IMG/VR virus record: IMGVR_UViG_3300029258_002750
Coordinates: 62,001 to 126,000 of that record
Direction: 5' to 3' (one strand)
DNA length: 64,000 nt
Part shown: positions 10,087 through 19,915 of the stretch, piece by piece
Numbering within the stretch: position 1 is the stretch's first letter
Layout of the letters: every line of letters begins with the position of its first letter
Notes under the pieces: generated by a model
What the model saw: only the letters and a program-made list of their open reading frames with translations
Databases searched by the model: none
Told to the model about the DNA's origin: nothing
Position numbers and translations under genes: made by a program

Positions 10087-10389
10087 ATGATGGAGGAAGC
10101 GATGAGCAACTTCGATAAGCTGGCTGGCATCGATGAGGGCGTGACCCTCACGCGTCGCCCGCTCAAGACCCTCGACGAGGCCGGTGGCGGCAAGAAGGTC
10201 ACGACCGCCGCGACGACCGACTACGGTGACAAGGCGCCGCCCACCAAGCTGGGCACTCCCAACAGCGCCTATCGGCCGATGCCGAAGTCGCCGATCGGGA
10301 CTGCGCCCGCGTTCCCCGTCAAGGCGCGCCAGCTCCGCACCGGGAAGACCCCGTCGCCGCGCCAGCCGATCCCCGTGCGGAAGGAGTAG
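10087..10389 (+). CDS. Small basic protein with GIDE and RRPLKTLDE putative cleavage motifs
   Basis: ORF in + strand head cluster; motif shared with other ORFs; true start may be the downstream ATG (MSNF). Confidence 0.55.
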   Translation: MMEEAMSNFDKLAGIDEGVTLTRRPLKTLDEAGGGKKVTTAATTDYGDKAPPTKLGTPNSAYRPMPKSPIGTAPAFPVKARQLRTGKTPSPRQPIPVRKE

Positions 10390-10425
10390 CGCCGCTCCTC
10401 CCAACCGCGTCTGGAGGTCGCGCTA

Positions 10426-10767
10426 GTGGGCTATCTGTCTGACAACCTGGCTCCGGGTCGGTCCGTTGCGGACTGCCCGGAGCTTTACCCGTATGCGATG
10501 GTGGTCGAGTACTCTCGCAACGACCCGTTCTTCGCGCCCGGCCCGGTCGATCAGCTCTCGTTAGCCATCCGCGAGGCTCTCCCCGATGTGGAGGTATGGC
10601 AGCGTTCCATCGTTCGCCCCGACGAGAACCGCGTGAAGTTCCGTTTTCGCTCCGAGGGCGAGCGCACCCAGGGGAGCAACGCCCTCACCTCCGTCGATCC
10701 GTCGATCTCGATCCGCCGGATCGTGTTCCAGAACCCGCCCGATCGAGCGAGACGAGGAATCCCATGA
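10426..10767 (+). CDS. Hypothetical protein
   Basis: GGAGG RBS, GTG start, ATGA overlap with next gene. Confidence 0.55.
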   Translation: MGYLSDNLAPGRSVADCPELYPYAMVVEYSRNDPFFAPGPVDQLSLAIREALPDVEVWQRSIVRPDENRVKFRFRSEGERTQGSNALTSVDPSISIRRIVFQNPPDRARRGIP

Positions 10768-12275
10768 GCGAGCCGTCCATGACCACGCTCCCGCCGCAGA
10801 TGCTCAAGAACGCGAAGAAGTGGGCGAAGATCAGCGGCAAGAAGCTGTACGTCTACTGGAGCCCGGCGATGGGCCGCCCGATGTTCGCCGAGGGGCCGCC
10901 CAGCGATCCCAAGCGGTTCAAGGTGCTGGCGACCGTCTCCCCGGACGGTACCGTCAAGAAGATGCACGGCAAGAAGGCGACGGCCGTGGCCGAGGCCGAC
11001 GACGCGCTCTTCGACAACCTGGTTGACCTGTCGCGCGGCGCGTTCTCCGGCTACCAGGGGTCGTTAGCCGAGGGTTCGACGAAGCACGGCCAGTCGATGT
11101 CGTCTGGCTTCTCTCGCGACGCCAAGCTGATGGCGCCTGGCACCCGCGAGCTGGTGCTCAAGAGCCGCATGACCGAGATCGAGGCGTTTGCCGAGGACCG
11201 GGGCTACGACCCTGCGCTCGTGTTCGCCGTGGCCGAGGTCGCAATGCGGATGGGCCGCGTGCCCGACCTGCGCCAGTACGGCTTCGCGGGCGAGGATGCG
11301 AAGGCCGTCCGCCACTTCGTCGCGGGCGACATCCTCAACATCGCGGTCGAGGACGTCCAGCGGCGACGGGCGCCCGGCTGTGCCTACGGCTCGGCTGGTG
11401 CGATCCCAGCTGACCTGGCCGAGGACCATCTGGAGGAGTCAACCCACGAGCGCCAGCTCGGCCTCCACCCGAACAGCGACGGCTCGGGGTTCACTGCCCT
11501 GACCCACTCGGCCAGCAAGACCTTCAAGAGCCGGGGAGGCGCGATCCGCTGGCTCAAGAGGCGCGGCTACGACGAGAAGGGCGGCCGGATCAAGCAGGAG
11601 GACGAGGACTGGTCCGAGATCGAGGACATCTGCCAGGCAACCGCGCTCCGCGCGCCCAGCGCCGCCCACGCGCTGGCCGACTCGCTCTCCGGCGAGCTGT
11701 CCGAGGACCGGGTGCACCGCAACGCGGCTGGTCCTGCGATGGAGGCTGGCAGTCTGGTCGAGGACGCCCTCTCCGAGAGCCTGCAAGACAAGATCGGCCA
11801 GCACGGCAAGGAGATCAGCAAGGACAAGCTCAACGCGCTCGGGTCGCTGTGGCTCTACGACGGGAAGGTCTGGTACCTGCGCGGGCCAAGCGCCAAGTTC
11901 GTGAACTGGGGGCCGCCCGAGCAGTTCCTCAAGCACCGCTACCGGAAGAGCCAGTTCCCCGGCGTGGATCCCAAGAAGCTCAAGGCGATGGCGGAGAGCG
12001 TCGGGCTGGACGAGGTCTCTCCTCCCGGCTGGTCCGGCACCGTCAAGGCGATGAAGGGCGAGGGCGGCAAGAAGCTCAAGAAGTACGCCGACGAGCCCGA
12101 GAGCGGCGACAAGAAGGACATCGACAACCCGTGGGCGCTCGCCTGGTACATGCACAAGAAGGGCGCGAAGCCGCACTACAAGCCGGAGCCCGGCAAGCCC
12201 AAGTACAAGGCGCCGAAGACCGAGGAGACCGGCATCTCGGCGGCCGTTGCCGAGTTCCGCGCGATGGAGGACTGA
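10764..12275 (+). CDS. Putative internal head protein with multiple L-x-E sites
   Basis: Start MSEPSM at ATGA overlap; LAE, LEE, LSE, LVE and LDE sites separate distinct segments. Confidence 0.6.
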   Translation: MSEPSMTTLPPQMLKNAKKWAKISGKKLYVYWSPAMGRPMFAEGPPSDPKRFKVLATVSPDGTVKKMHGKKATAVAEADDALFDNLVDLSRGAFSGYQGSLAEGSTKHGQSMSSGFSRDAKLMAPGTRELVLKSRMTEIEAFAEDRGYDPALVFAVAEVAMRMGRVPDLRQYGFAGEDAKAVRHFVAGDILNIAVEDVQRRRAPGCAYGSAGAIPADLAEDHLEESTHERQLGLHPNSDGSGFTALTHSASKTFKSRGGAIRWLKRRGYDEKGGRIKQEDEDWSEIEDICQATALRAPSAAHALADSLSGELSEDRVHRNAAGPAMEAGSLVEDALSESLQDKIGQHGKEISKDKLNALGSLWLYDGKVWYLRGPSAKFVNWGPPEQFLKHRYRKSQFPGVDPKKLKAMAESVGLDEVSPPGWSGTVKAMKGEGGKKLKKYADEPESGDKKDIDNPWALAWYMHKKGAKPHYKPEPGKPKYKAPKTEETGISAAVAEFRAMED

Positions 12276-12276
12276 C

Positions 12277-14418
12277 GTGACGATTCGACAGCAGCAGCAG
12301 GAGGACTGGTACAAGGGCTGGCCCAGGAACATCAGCTTGTTGCCCGTCGAGAAGGGCGCGAAGAAGGGCTCGTTCTCCAACATCCGCATCTCGTCCACGA
12401 GCCCATCTGACATCAAGATGATCGTCGGTACCTCCAAGCGGAAGCCGTTCGGTGGGAAGATCAAGATCAAGGACAAGCAGCGATCCTCGGTGATCGTGCA
12501 CAGCTACGACGATGGCATGTTGAAGGCGTTCCTCAACGCCATCATTCGGGCTGACTACGGCCAGAAGATGACGTTCGAGCGGGTAGCCGTCCAAGAGGGA
12601 GAGGAAGACGTGAGCGATCTCGACGAGGCCACGATGGGCGGCGCAGCGATGGGCGCGCACATGCAGCTCGGCTCGGCGTTCATGCAGCGTCCGCGCTCCA
12701 TGATCCCCTACAACCAGTGGGCGGAGACTGACACCGACGATCTCTCATCCGTCACGACCGGACCGCTGGTTTCAGCGTTCGAGCCGTTCAGCGTCCGCGA
12801 CATGATGCGGATCGACGAGTACAACCTCGACGATCTGGAGAAGGCCGAGCGCGGGCAGCTTCCGTTCGGCTTCCACCACGATCCACCGGCGAAGCAGAAG
12901 AGCTTTCTGCGGCACTGGATGAAGCCGTCGAACTTCAAGAAGCTCAACAAGGAGCAGCAGGAGACCTACAAGAAGGAAGCCATCCGCCAAGGCGTGATCA
13001 AGTCGGATGTGCAGCAGGCCGGTGAGCCGATCGACGAGATGGAGTACGCCAAGTTCTACAAGCCGAAGGCGCCGAAGAAGTCGAAGTGGGGTGATCCGGG
13101 CGTGGATTGGGCATGGGGCGGAAAGACCGCATTCCATCCCAAGGACGACCAGTTGGCGGTCAAGAACGCGCCCAAGATGCTGAAGTCACTCAGCGAGAAG
13201 CAGAAGGCAGTCCTCAAGAAGAAGTTCCCAGGGTACTGGAAGGCCATGAACGCCGCCGCGAAGGGGATGAAGGCGTATCGCGACTACATCGCCTCGATCA
13301 GCGATCCCAACACGGGAATGCACGGCAAAGGGGCTGATGCTCGCAAGGAGTTCAACCAGGCTGAGACGTTCTGGGGAAACGCCAGAGTCGGCGAGGTTCG
13401 TTGGGGCGGCCGGATGATGGAGGAGAAGACCCGCAAGCAGCGCTCGATCGAGAACAAGAAGCGCTTCGCCAAGCTCTCCCCGGAGCAGAAGGCCGCGACC
13501 AAGGGCGACAAGCCGTTCCATCCTGACGTGAAGGAGGACGACGATCTCGACGAGTCGCGTGACTCATACGGCCAGGCGCCGTCCCTCGGCGAGATCTTCA
13601 CGCCCGAGCGAGCCGCTCGAGCCGGTGACTTCCTCTCCAAGTGGATGAAGAAGGGCAGGGAGGCCCAAGCCAAGAAGGCCAAGAAGGCCAAGAAGCACGA
13701 GGGGCTGGACGAGGAGAAGACGCGCAAGCAGCGATCGGCCGAGAACAAGGCCAGGTTCGCCAAGATGTCGCCGAAGGAGAAGGCGGCCACGAAGGGTGAC
13801 GCCCCGTTCCACCCGGACGTGAAGGAAGACGAGGAGCTGGTCGAGGGGTTCAATCCGACCAAGTTCGCGAAGGGCCTGGCGATGCACATCATGACCGGCC
13901 CGATGAAGGGGAAGCTCCCCTCGAGCAAGGTCATCTGGCTCAGTTCGGTCGCCGCCGCGTTCGTGAAGAAGAACGAGGCGATGATCCGCAAGCAGCTCGA
14001 GGCCGGAACGCTCGACCCCAAGGCGTTCATGGCGTCGTTCAAGAAGTACGCCGAGAACGCGGCCAAGAAGGCCGAGGAGGCGCCGGTCAGCGCTGCCGTG
14101 CTTCGCGAGGCGCGGCCGAACCCCAAGACGCACCCGAAGATGAAGGGCAACATCAACAGCCCGGCCTTCAAGGCGCACGTCGGCGACTCCGACGACAGCG
14201 AGAAGCCCTACCACAAGGGCAAGGGCATCCAGAAGGAAGGCGAGGAGAAGTGGATCGCGGGCGCGATCAAGCGTCCTGGTGCGCTGAAGAAGAAGATCGA
14301 GAAGCGCACCAAGAAGGGGACGATCCCGGCGGATGAGCTGAAGAAGGCCGCGAAGAAGCCCGGCCGCACTGGTCAGCAGGCACGACTGGCGCAGACGCTC
14401 AGGAAGCTCAACAAGTGA
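12277..14418 (+). CDS. Lys-rich putative internal head polyprotein with internal 45-aa duplication
   Basis: GTG start after GGAGG; repeated LDE/LVE/LRE sites; duplicated EEKTRKQRS...PFHPDVKE unit. Confidence 0.6.
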   Translation: MTIRQQQQEDWYKGWPRNISLLPVEKGAKKGSFSNIRISSTSPSDIKMIVGTSKRKPFGGKIKIKDKQRSSVIVHSYDDGMLKAFLNAIIRADYGQKMTFERVAVQEGEEDVSDLDEATMGGAAMGAHMQLGSAFMQRPRSMIPYNQWAETDTDDLSSVTTGPLVSAFEPFSVRDMMRIDEYNLDDLEKAERGQLPFGFHHDPPAKQKSFLRHWMKPSNFKKLNKEQQETYKKEAIRQGVIKSDVQQAGEPIDEMEYAKFYKPKAPKKSKWGDPGVDWAWGGKTAFHPKDDQLAVKNAPKMLKSLSEKQKAVLKKKFPGYWKAMNAAAKGMKAYRDYIASISDPNTGMHGKGADARKEFNQAETFWGNARVGEVRWGGRMMEEKTRKQRSIENKKRFAKLSPEQKAATKGDKPFHPDVKEDDDLDESRDSYGQAPSLGEIFTPERAARAGDFLSKWMKKGREAQAKKAKKAKKHEGLDEEKTRKQRSAENKARFAKMSPKEKAATKGDAPFHPDVKEDEELVEGFNPTKFAKGLAMHIMTGPMKGKLPSSKVIWLSSVAAAFVKKNEAMIRKQLEAGTLDPKAFMASFKKYAENAAKKAEEAPVSAAVLREARPNPKTHPKMKGNINSPAFKAHVGDSDDSEKPYHKGKGIQKEGEEKWIAGAIKRPGALKKKIEKRTKKGTIPADELKKAAKKPGRTGQQARLAQTLRKLNK

Positions 14419-14693
14419 CGCTGACCGAGGCGGTCCGGCGGTTCCGCGAGATGGATGAGGCCACGACCACGGCCAACATCGGCGCACGTACGACCGGCGG
14501 CCTCCCGTTCTACGGCCGTCGCGGGCTGGCAGTCATCGAGCGCGAGCGCAAGCGGCGCATGAAGCGCCAGCGACGGAGCAAGTGCAAGGGCTACGACCCC
14601 AAGTGCCGTGACAAGGAGTGGGAGGTGCCCGCGCCGGTCGGCGGAGTCGCGATCCTGCGGCGCAGCTCGGTGACGAGTCCATCGCCAAGTTGA
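14415..14693 (+). CDS. Small basic protein (MTLTEAVRRFREMDE)
   Basis: GTGA overlap; N-terminus resembles MNLSDAIRRFRGEDE inside the 14741 ORF. Confidence 0.5.
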   Translation: MTLTEAVRRFREMDEATTTANIGARTTGGLPFYGRRGLAVIERERKRRMKRQRRSKCKGYDPKCRDKEWEVPAPVGGVAILRRSSVTSPSPS

Positions 14694-14740
14694 TCGACCC
14701 GCAGCTGGAGAGCGGGTAAGATGTTGAGCCGAGGCCACCT

Positions 14741-16957
14741 ATGAGCGATTCGATCGACAAGCTGCTCCACATGGCGATGGCGGGTCCGTTCGCCGACTGC
14801 TCGCTGAACGAGCCGCTGACCGAGGACAGCCAGGCGGAGTGGAATCGGATCTTCGCCTCGCTGAAGCCCAAGGAGACGCTCCTCGTTGCCATGACCAGCA
14901 TCATGGGGCGGCACCCCAAGATGGACGGCAAGTTCCATCCGTGGAAGGTCGGTCGCCGGTCGCACAGCAAGCGGTCGGGGATGACGTCCGTGACGCTCCT
15001 ACCGATGGAGGGGAAGCCGAAGAAGGGTGCCCGGCTCCATCGCATCTCCCTCTACACCTTCAAGGACGGGGACGTCAACGCCGGTTGGGGCGACATGGCC
15101 GTGATGCTCAAGGGCCTCAAGCGCGCGCCCAAGACCGAGGGCGTGGACGACCACCTGACTCCCGAGGAGCGGATGCTCCTGGGGCTCGATCGCGGCGCCA
15201 GCTCCGGCCCCTGGTTCGGTGACGACGCCCCGACCGGCCCCCGGCCGCTGATGGAGGGCGAGACCTCCCACTACTTCCCCCAGCCGATGACGTTAGCCGA
15301 GCACCGCTCGGACGATCACCCGATCGTCGAGGAGGCGCTCGACTGCGAGATGATCCAGTCGGTCTCGTTCTCAGCTGGGCCGGGCGACCCCCGCGAGCCG
15401 GAGTACGAGGGCGTCCCGTTCAAGCTCGAGGAGGACGAGGAGCTGGTCGAGGCCGCCGGTCCCAGGAAGGGCGAGCGGTACACTGTCAAGGGCATCGACG
15501 GTGTGATCAGCGGGCCGTGGGAGGTCTGGATGGACAGCTCCTCGCCCAAGCAGAACATCCTGATGACGCGCCTCGGTTCCAAGGGCAAGAAGAAGGGCAA
15601 GGCGCTCTCGATCTACGTGCCGAGCAATCAGTTCGGCATCTCGCTCAAGCAGTGGCAGCAGTTCACCAAGAGCGGGCACATCAAGCCGTTGCGCGAGGAC
15701 GAGCTGGCCGAGCTGGCCGAGGCGGTCACCAAGGTCACCTACCTGGGCAAGAAGGATCAGGTCTCCTACAAGGACGCGCTGGCTGAGATCGACAAGACCT
15801 GGAAGCACCAGGGCAACTGGAACATGCCCGCGATCCAGTTCATTCGGCGGACGGCCAAACAGGAGCATCACGCGGCCATCGCGTTCGAGGCCGGTCAGCT
15901 TCTCCAGGTCATCAAGCACAGCCCGCTTGGCATCCAGAAGCAGAAGGCCATGTACGATCGCCTCCGCAAAGCGGTCTCCAAGCACAAGGAGGAGAGCGCG
16001 GAGGACCGGGCGAACCTGGCCGAGATGGAGGCCGGTGACATCGACGGCGCCATGAAGGAGATCCGAAAGAAGGTCATCAAGGGCGCCAAGCCTACGCGCG
16101 CCCGTCGACTCGCCGGATGTCTACGCGCGCTGCGCACGGGCGGAATCACGGTCTCTGGCCAGTCCCAGACCGACCTGAACCCGGTGCCCAAGGTCGAGCG
16201 CAACAAGGAAGACCAGCCGAAGGACGACACGCCCGGCGAGGTGGACGAGTCGCTTGATGAGACCACCGGGCCGCCGGATGCCGATGACCCGAAGGCCCGT
16301 CAGTTCGGAATGCCGTCCCCGAATTGGCAGACGAAGCGCCCGCCGCGCGCAAAGCGGGGCAGGCGCAAGAAGAAGTACGAAGACACGGAGGATGTCATGA
16401 ACCTGAGTGATGCGATCCGGCGCTTCCGGGGCGAGGACGAGGAGCCCGCGCCGAAGCCCGAGCCGAAGCCCGAGCCGCAGGCGGAATCCCACGCGCGCGG
16501 TGCCACCCCCGAGTACGGCGAGTCGTTCAACGAGCTGCGCGAGAAGGGCATGGCCCTCGACGACTTCGGGTCGTTCGGCGACGCGAGCGACGTGCAGTTC
16601 GCCGAGGCCATGCTGACCGACGATCCGACCTTGACCGGGATGGATCGTCGGCTGGCCCAGCTCGAGGCCAACATCCCCGTGAAGGGCGGGAAGTCCAAGA
16701 GCAGGTTCCGCCAGCCCTACAAGGGGCCGGGCAAGGGCGTGCACGGGCCTGCGTCGACTCCCGCTGATCCCGAGGCGAAGGCGGCGGCCACGCGCAGTAC
16801 CGCTGGCGTGTCGGGTCCGGGCTACACGCCTGATGGCCGCGAGGAGGTGGACGTCCGCACCGAGCGGCGCGAGCCCAAGAGCGCGCGCGACCTCGACCTC
16901 TTCGCCGAGGGCATGGAGTACCCGGACGATCTGATCAAGCGCGACAAGCGGCCGTAG
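14741..16957 (+). CDS. Putative internal head polyprotein with multiple L-x-E sites
   Basis: 738-aa ORF; LTE, LME, LAE, LVE, LRE and LDE sites flank basic segments. Confidence 0.6.
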   Translation: MSDSIDKLLHMAMAGPFADCSLNEPLTEDSQAEWNRIFASLKPKETLLVAMTSIMGRHPKMDGKFHPWKVGRRSHSKRSGMTSVTLLPMEGKPKKGARLHRISLYTFKDGDVNAGWGDMAVMLKGLKRAPKTEGVDDHLTPEERMLLGLDRGASSGPWFGDDAPTGPRPLMEGETSHYFPQPMTLAEHRSDDHPIVEEALDCEMIQSVSFSAGPGDPREPEYEGVPFKLEEDEELVEAAGPRKGERYTVKGIDGVISGPWEVWMDSSSPKQNILMTRLGSKGKKKGKALSIYVPSNQFGISLKQWQQFTKSGHIKPLREDELAELAEAVTKVTYLGKKDQVSYKDALAEIDKTWKHQGNWNMPAIQFIRRTAKQEHHAAIAFEAGQLLQVIKHSPLGIQKQKAMYDRLRKAVSKHKEESAEDRANLAEMEAGDIDGAMKEIRKKVIKGAKPTRARRLAGCLRALRTGGITVSGQSQTDLNPVPKVERNKEDQPKDDTPGEVDESLDETTGPPDADDPKARQFGMPSPNWQTKRPPRAKRGRRKKKYEDTEDVMNLSDAIRRFRGEDEEPAPKPEPKPEPQAESHARGATPEYGESFNELREKGMALDDFGSFGDASDVQFAEAMLTDDPTLTGMDRRLAQLEANIPVKGGKSKSRFRQPYKGPGKGVHGPASTPADPEAKAAATRSTAGVSGPGYTPDGREEVDVRTERREPKSARDLDLFAEGMEYPDDLIKRDKRP

Positions 16958-16973
16958 CTCGCGGGAGGCTACC

Positions 16974-17477
16974 GTGGGCCTGAAGGATGTGGCCGAGGAT
17001 CTCGCTGGCTTCCTCGTGGAGGCCGACCCCGACCCGGGGCCGGGTCCGCCTGTACTCACCGAGGAGCAGGTCGACGAGGCCGCAACGGCCGTACTGGACT
17101 ACGTGCTCAGTCGGATGGAGAGCGACGATACGCCCGCCACGCTGGGCGAGGCGCTCGTCATCGGCGCGCGGGCCGTCAGCGTGGACCTCGATCAGGGTGA
17201 CGACCGGATCGCTCAGGCGGCCGTCTCCCGACTCGAGGACATCGCGCGGGCAGCTCGGGTGTCGATCGAGGAACAGGAAGAGCCGATCGAGGAGGCGACC
17301 GCTCCCGAGACGAGCGCGATCATCGACCTGCTCCGCAAGAAGAAGGGCGCGAAGCTGCGCGAGGTCGCCAAGGCAATCGGCAGCGATGTGAGGGCGGCAG
17401 CCAAGGCGCTCAAGAAGCTCCAGGCGCAGGGTCGGCTCGACTACAACCTCAAGACCGGATACTCGGTGGTGCAGTGA
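16974..17477 (+). CDS. Protein with C-terminal winged helix-turn-helix
   Basis: IIDLLRKKKGAKLREVAKAIGSDVRAAAKALKKLQAQGRLDY is a wHTH pattern. Confidence 0.55.
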   Translation: MGLKDVAEDLAGFLVEADPDPGPGPPVLTEEQVDEAATAVLDYVLSRMESDDTPATLGEALVIGARAVSVDLDQGDDRIAQAAVSRLEDIARAARVSIEEQEEPIEEATAPETSAIIDLLRKKKGAKLREVAKAIGSDVRAAAKALKKLQAQGRLDYNLKTGYSVVQ

Positions 17478-18577
17478 GCCTCTACGAGCGGGTGCTAGGC
17501 GAGGCCGCCGCGACGGCGGCAGCTGGTTTCGCCGCTCTCTCCTCCGATGAGAAGCGGGCGCTCGCTCGTGCGTGGGACGCGTGGCGGAACAAGCCATCCT
17601 GGGAGAAGCGTGGCCAGAACGCCTGGTACGACTGTCCGCGTGTGAAGGCGGTGCTAGGGCTCTCGCCGGGCGACAAGGTCCCACGCTTCATCAAGCGGCT
17701 CAAGCGGAAGGATCTGAGCGAGTCGAAGCAGGGGGGCGCGGCAGCGTCCAAGAAGCTCAGTGGGACGTGGGGGCATCCGCGCCGACACGGCAAGAAGGCG
17801 GCCAGCAAGAAGCGCCGTCAGCAAGGCAAGCGGATCGACGAGGGCAAGGCCGCGTCCAGCTCGCAGATCAGCTACGCCCAGCACCTCGCCAAGCAGCAGA
17901 AGCTCAGAAGCCCGACTGCCGACGAGATCGCGGCGATGGACGACGTGACCATCAGCAAGCTGATCGACGGCCTCAAGAAGAAGCGCGGCGAGCCGGTGTT
18001 CTACGGCAACGGCAAGTTCAAGGGCTGGGTCAAGAAGGGTGAGCTGTGGCCCAAGGGCAAGAAGGAGTCGCTCGGCGAGGCCGCCTGGGGCATGTTCACC
18101 GGCGGGGCGGCGCCGCTGGATGTTCCCTACCACGTGGGCGGAGACTGGAAGGAAGGCGCGGCGCAATTGCTCCGTCGGGAGCTTGCGAAGCTCAAGGGGA
18201 TGGAGCGCGCGCGCCTTGCCCTCCTCGCTGACGCGCTAGAACGCCGGGATCTCAAGGCGGCCAAGAGGTTCTACAAGAAGCTGTCGAAGGCCGCCCGGAA
18301 CCGCTACGTCACGGTGGCGGCCCGCGAGAAGCTCTCAGAGTCGCTCGAGGAGTACGGCGGCATCGGCGGCCGGATCGCCGGTGGTCGTCATCCCTACCGC
18401 GTGCCTCCGTCGAACACGATCCCGCCTGCCAACACGATCGTCACCCGCAAGGACATGACGCCCGAGCTGCTGGCGAAGCGGCAGCGCGAGTTGGAACAGC
18501 GGGCCGAGACGCGAGAGCGGATGCGTCAGCTGGCGATCGAAGGCAAGCGCCGACCACTGAAGACTCTCAGTTCGTAG
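17474..18577 (+). CDS. Basic protein with N-terminal MSLYERVLGE motif (putative capsid-targeted protein)
   Basis: GTGA overlap; LSE, IDE, LGE and LEE sites; ends RRPLKTLSS. Confidence 0.6.
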   Translation: MSLYERVLGEAAATAAAGFAALSSDEKRALARAWDAWRNKPSWEKRGQNAWYDCPRVKAVLGLSPGDKVPRFIKRLKRKDLSESKQGGAAASKKLSGTWGHPRRHGKKAASKKRRQQGKRIDEGKAASSSQISYAQHLAKQQKLRSPTADEIAAMDDVTISKLIDGLKKKRGEPVFYGNGKFKGWVKKGELWPKGKKESLGEAAWGMFTGGAAPLDVPYHVGGDWKEGAAQLLRRELAKLKGMERARLALLADALERRDLKAAKRFYKKLSKAARNRYVTVAAREKLSESLEEYGGIGGRIAGGRHPYRVPPSNTIPPANTIVTRKDMTPELLAKRQRELEQRAETRERMRQLAIEGKRRPLKTLSS

Positions 18578-18597
18578 CTCGATTCGTCGCTCGTCCT

Positions 18598-18606
18598 GGG
18601 TAGAAC
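18598..18606 (+). promoter_or_regulatory. GGGTAGAAC -10-like promoter, leaderless start 7 nt downstream
   Basis: TAGAAC-GTGGGTC-ATG(18614), no SD; motif recurs upstream of many genes. Confidence 0.55.
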
Positions 18607-18613
18607 GTGGGTC

Positions 18614-18829
18614 ATGGTCGAGCCTACGTGGTGCCCGGTCTGTCACGAGATCATGGCTGAGGGCGAAGAGTGCCCGCGCTGCGCCGGGAGGCCAATACCG
18701 AGGGAGACTGTTCCACGGCGCTCTCACCGGCACACCAGCGAGTACGTTGCGGGGTGCGCGCTAACCGCTGGCGCCATCGCGCTGGTCTTGGGGTTCGCGC
18801 TCGGTTTCCTCGTGAGGGGCTGCACGTAG
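18614..18829 (+). CDS. Small Zn-ribbon protein with C-terminal transmembrane helix
   Basis: CPVC...CPRC plus hydrophobic C-terminal segment. Confidence 0.5.
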   Translation: MVEPTWCPVCHEIMAEGEECPRCAGRPIPRETVPRRSHRHTSEYVAGCALTAGAIALVLGFALGFLVRGCT

Positions 18830-19012
18830 TGCCCCCCTGGAAGAGCGGCTGGTCAGCGCTGACCGATGGCAACGGAAACACGATCGCGTGCCTGTGTGGA
18901 TGCGGGCGCGCCTGTAACACGTACGAGTTCGACACAGGTGAGCCCCTCAGCATCGAGTGCTGGCAGGAGGGCTCGGCGAAGCGGTGCCGAGCGCACCGGG
19001 AGAGAGGGCAAC

Positions 19013-19789
19013 GTGGGTCCACGGGTTCTAGTGGTCGTCGCGGGGAACAAAGGACATGGCAAGGACGTGACGGCGGATGCGCTAGCCGAGCTGCTCCCGG
19101 ACGCGCGGCGGGATGCCTACGCAGCTCCGCTGAAGGTGTGCGTCCACCTGAAGACGGGGATCCCGATGGACGTGCTCAATGGGCCGCAGTCGGTGAAGGA
19201 GGACCCCAAGTTCGGACGTTACGGGCAGACCCCGCGTAAACTCATGCAGGACGAGGGTCAGGAGGCCCGGGAGCGGATCGGCCCGACCGTCTGGATGGAT
19301 CGGCTCGTAGAACGCACACGGGCCGCCCAGGAGCGCTGCACGATCGTCAGTGACGGACGACACCCAAACGAGGAGATCGTTGGTGTACGGGCCGCGCTGG
19401 GCTTCCACGGGCTTGTCCTGGCAGTTCGTGTGGTCCGTCAGAGCGTCCCCGTCGTCCGTGGCCACCCCTCCGAGGACAAGATCGCCGACGCCCCGGACTC
19501 CCTGTTCGACGTGATCGTCCGTAACGATGGAACTCTGGAGGACTTACGGGCGATGGTCCAGCAGGTCGCCGACCTGGCCGTGCTCCGCTCCAAGACGGGC
19601 GGCCGGAAGAAGGCCCCGGAGGGCTGGATCATCCGGTGCCCGAGGGGCGGGCGACGGGCCGAGCCGATCGAACTGGAGCAGACGGCGAGGATCACCGCCG
19701 CGCAGCCGATGATGCCGTGCCCGGGGTGCGGCTACCAGGACGAGCATACCGTCGAGCCGGTCAGCTACGACCTGATCGAGATCGTTTGA
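19013..19789 (+). CDS. Deoxynucleoside monophosphate kinase (phage dNMP kinase)
   Basis: P-loop AGNKGHGKD, AYAAPLK, TPRKLMQ..G, VSDGRHPNE; C-terminal Cys-rich extension. Confidence 0.85.
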   Translation: MGPRVLVVVAGNKGHGKDVTADALAELLPDARRDAYAAPLKVCVHLKTGIPMDVLNGPQSVKEDPKFGRYGQTPRKLMQDEGQEARERIGPTVWMDRLVERTRAAQERCTIVSDGRHPNEEIVGVRAALGFHGLVLAVRVVRQSVPVVRGHPSEDKIADAPDSLFDVIVRNDGTLEDLRAMVQQVADLAVLRSKTGGRKKAPEGWIIRCPRGGRRAEPIELEQTARITAAQPMMPCPGCGYQDEHTVEPVSYDLIEIV

Positions 19790-19915
19790 GTTAGCGAATC
19801 AGCGCTGATTTGGACGGCCGGTGCCCCCGTAGAGCGGGCAGCGATGTTCGGAAGACCTCGGTAGAATACGCCCTGCCGGTCATCCGGCGGTCCCTCTACC
19901 AACTATGGAGACCGT

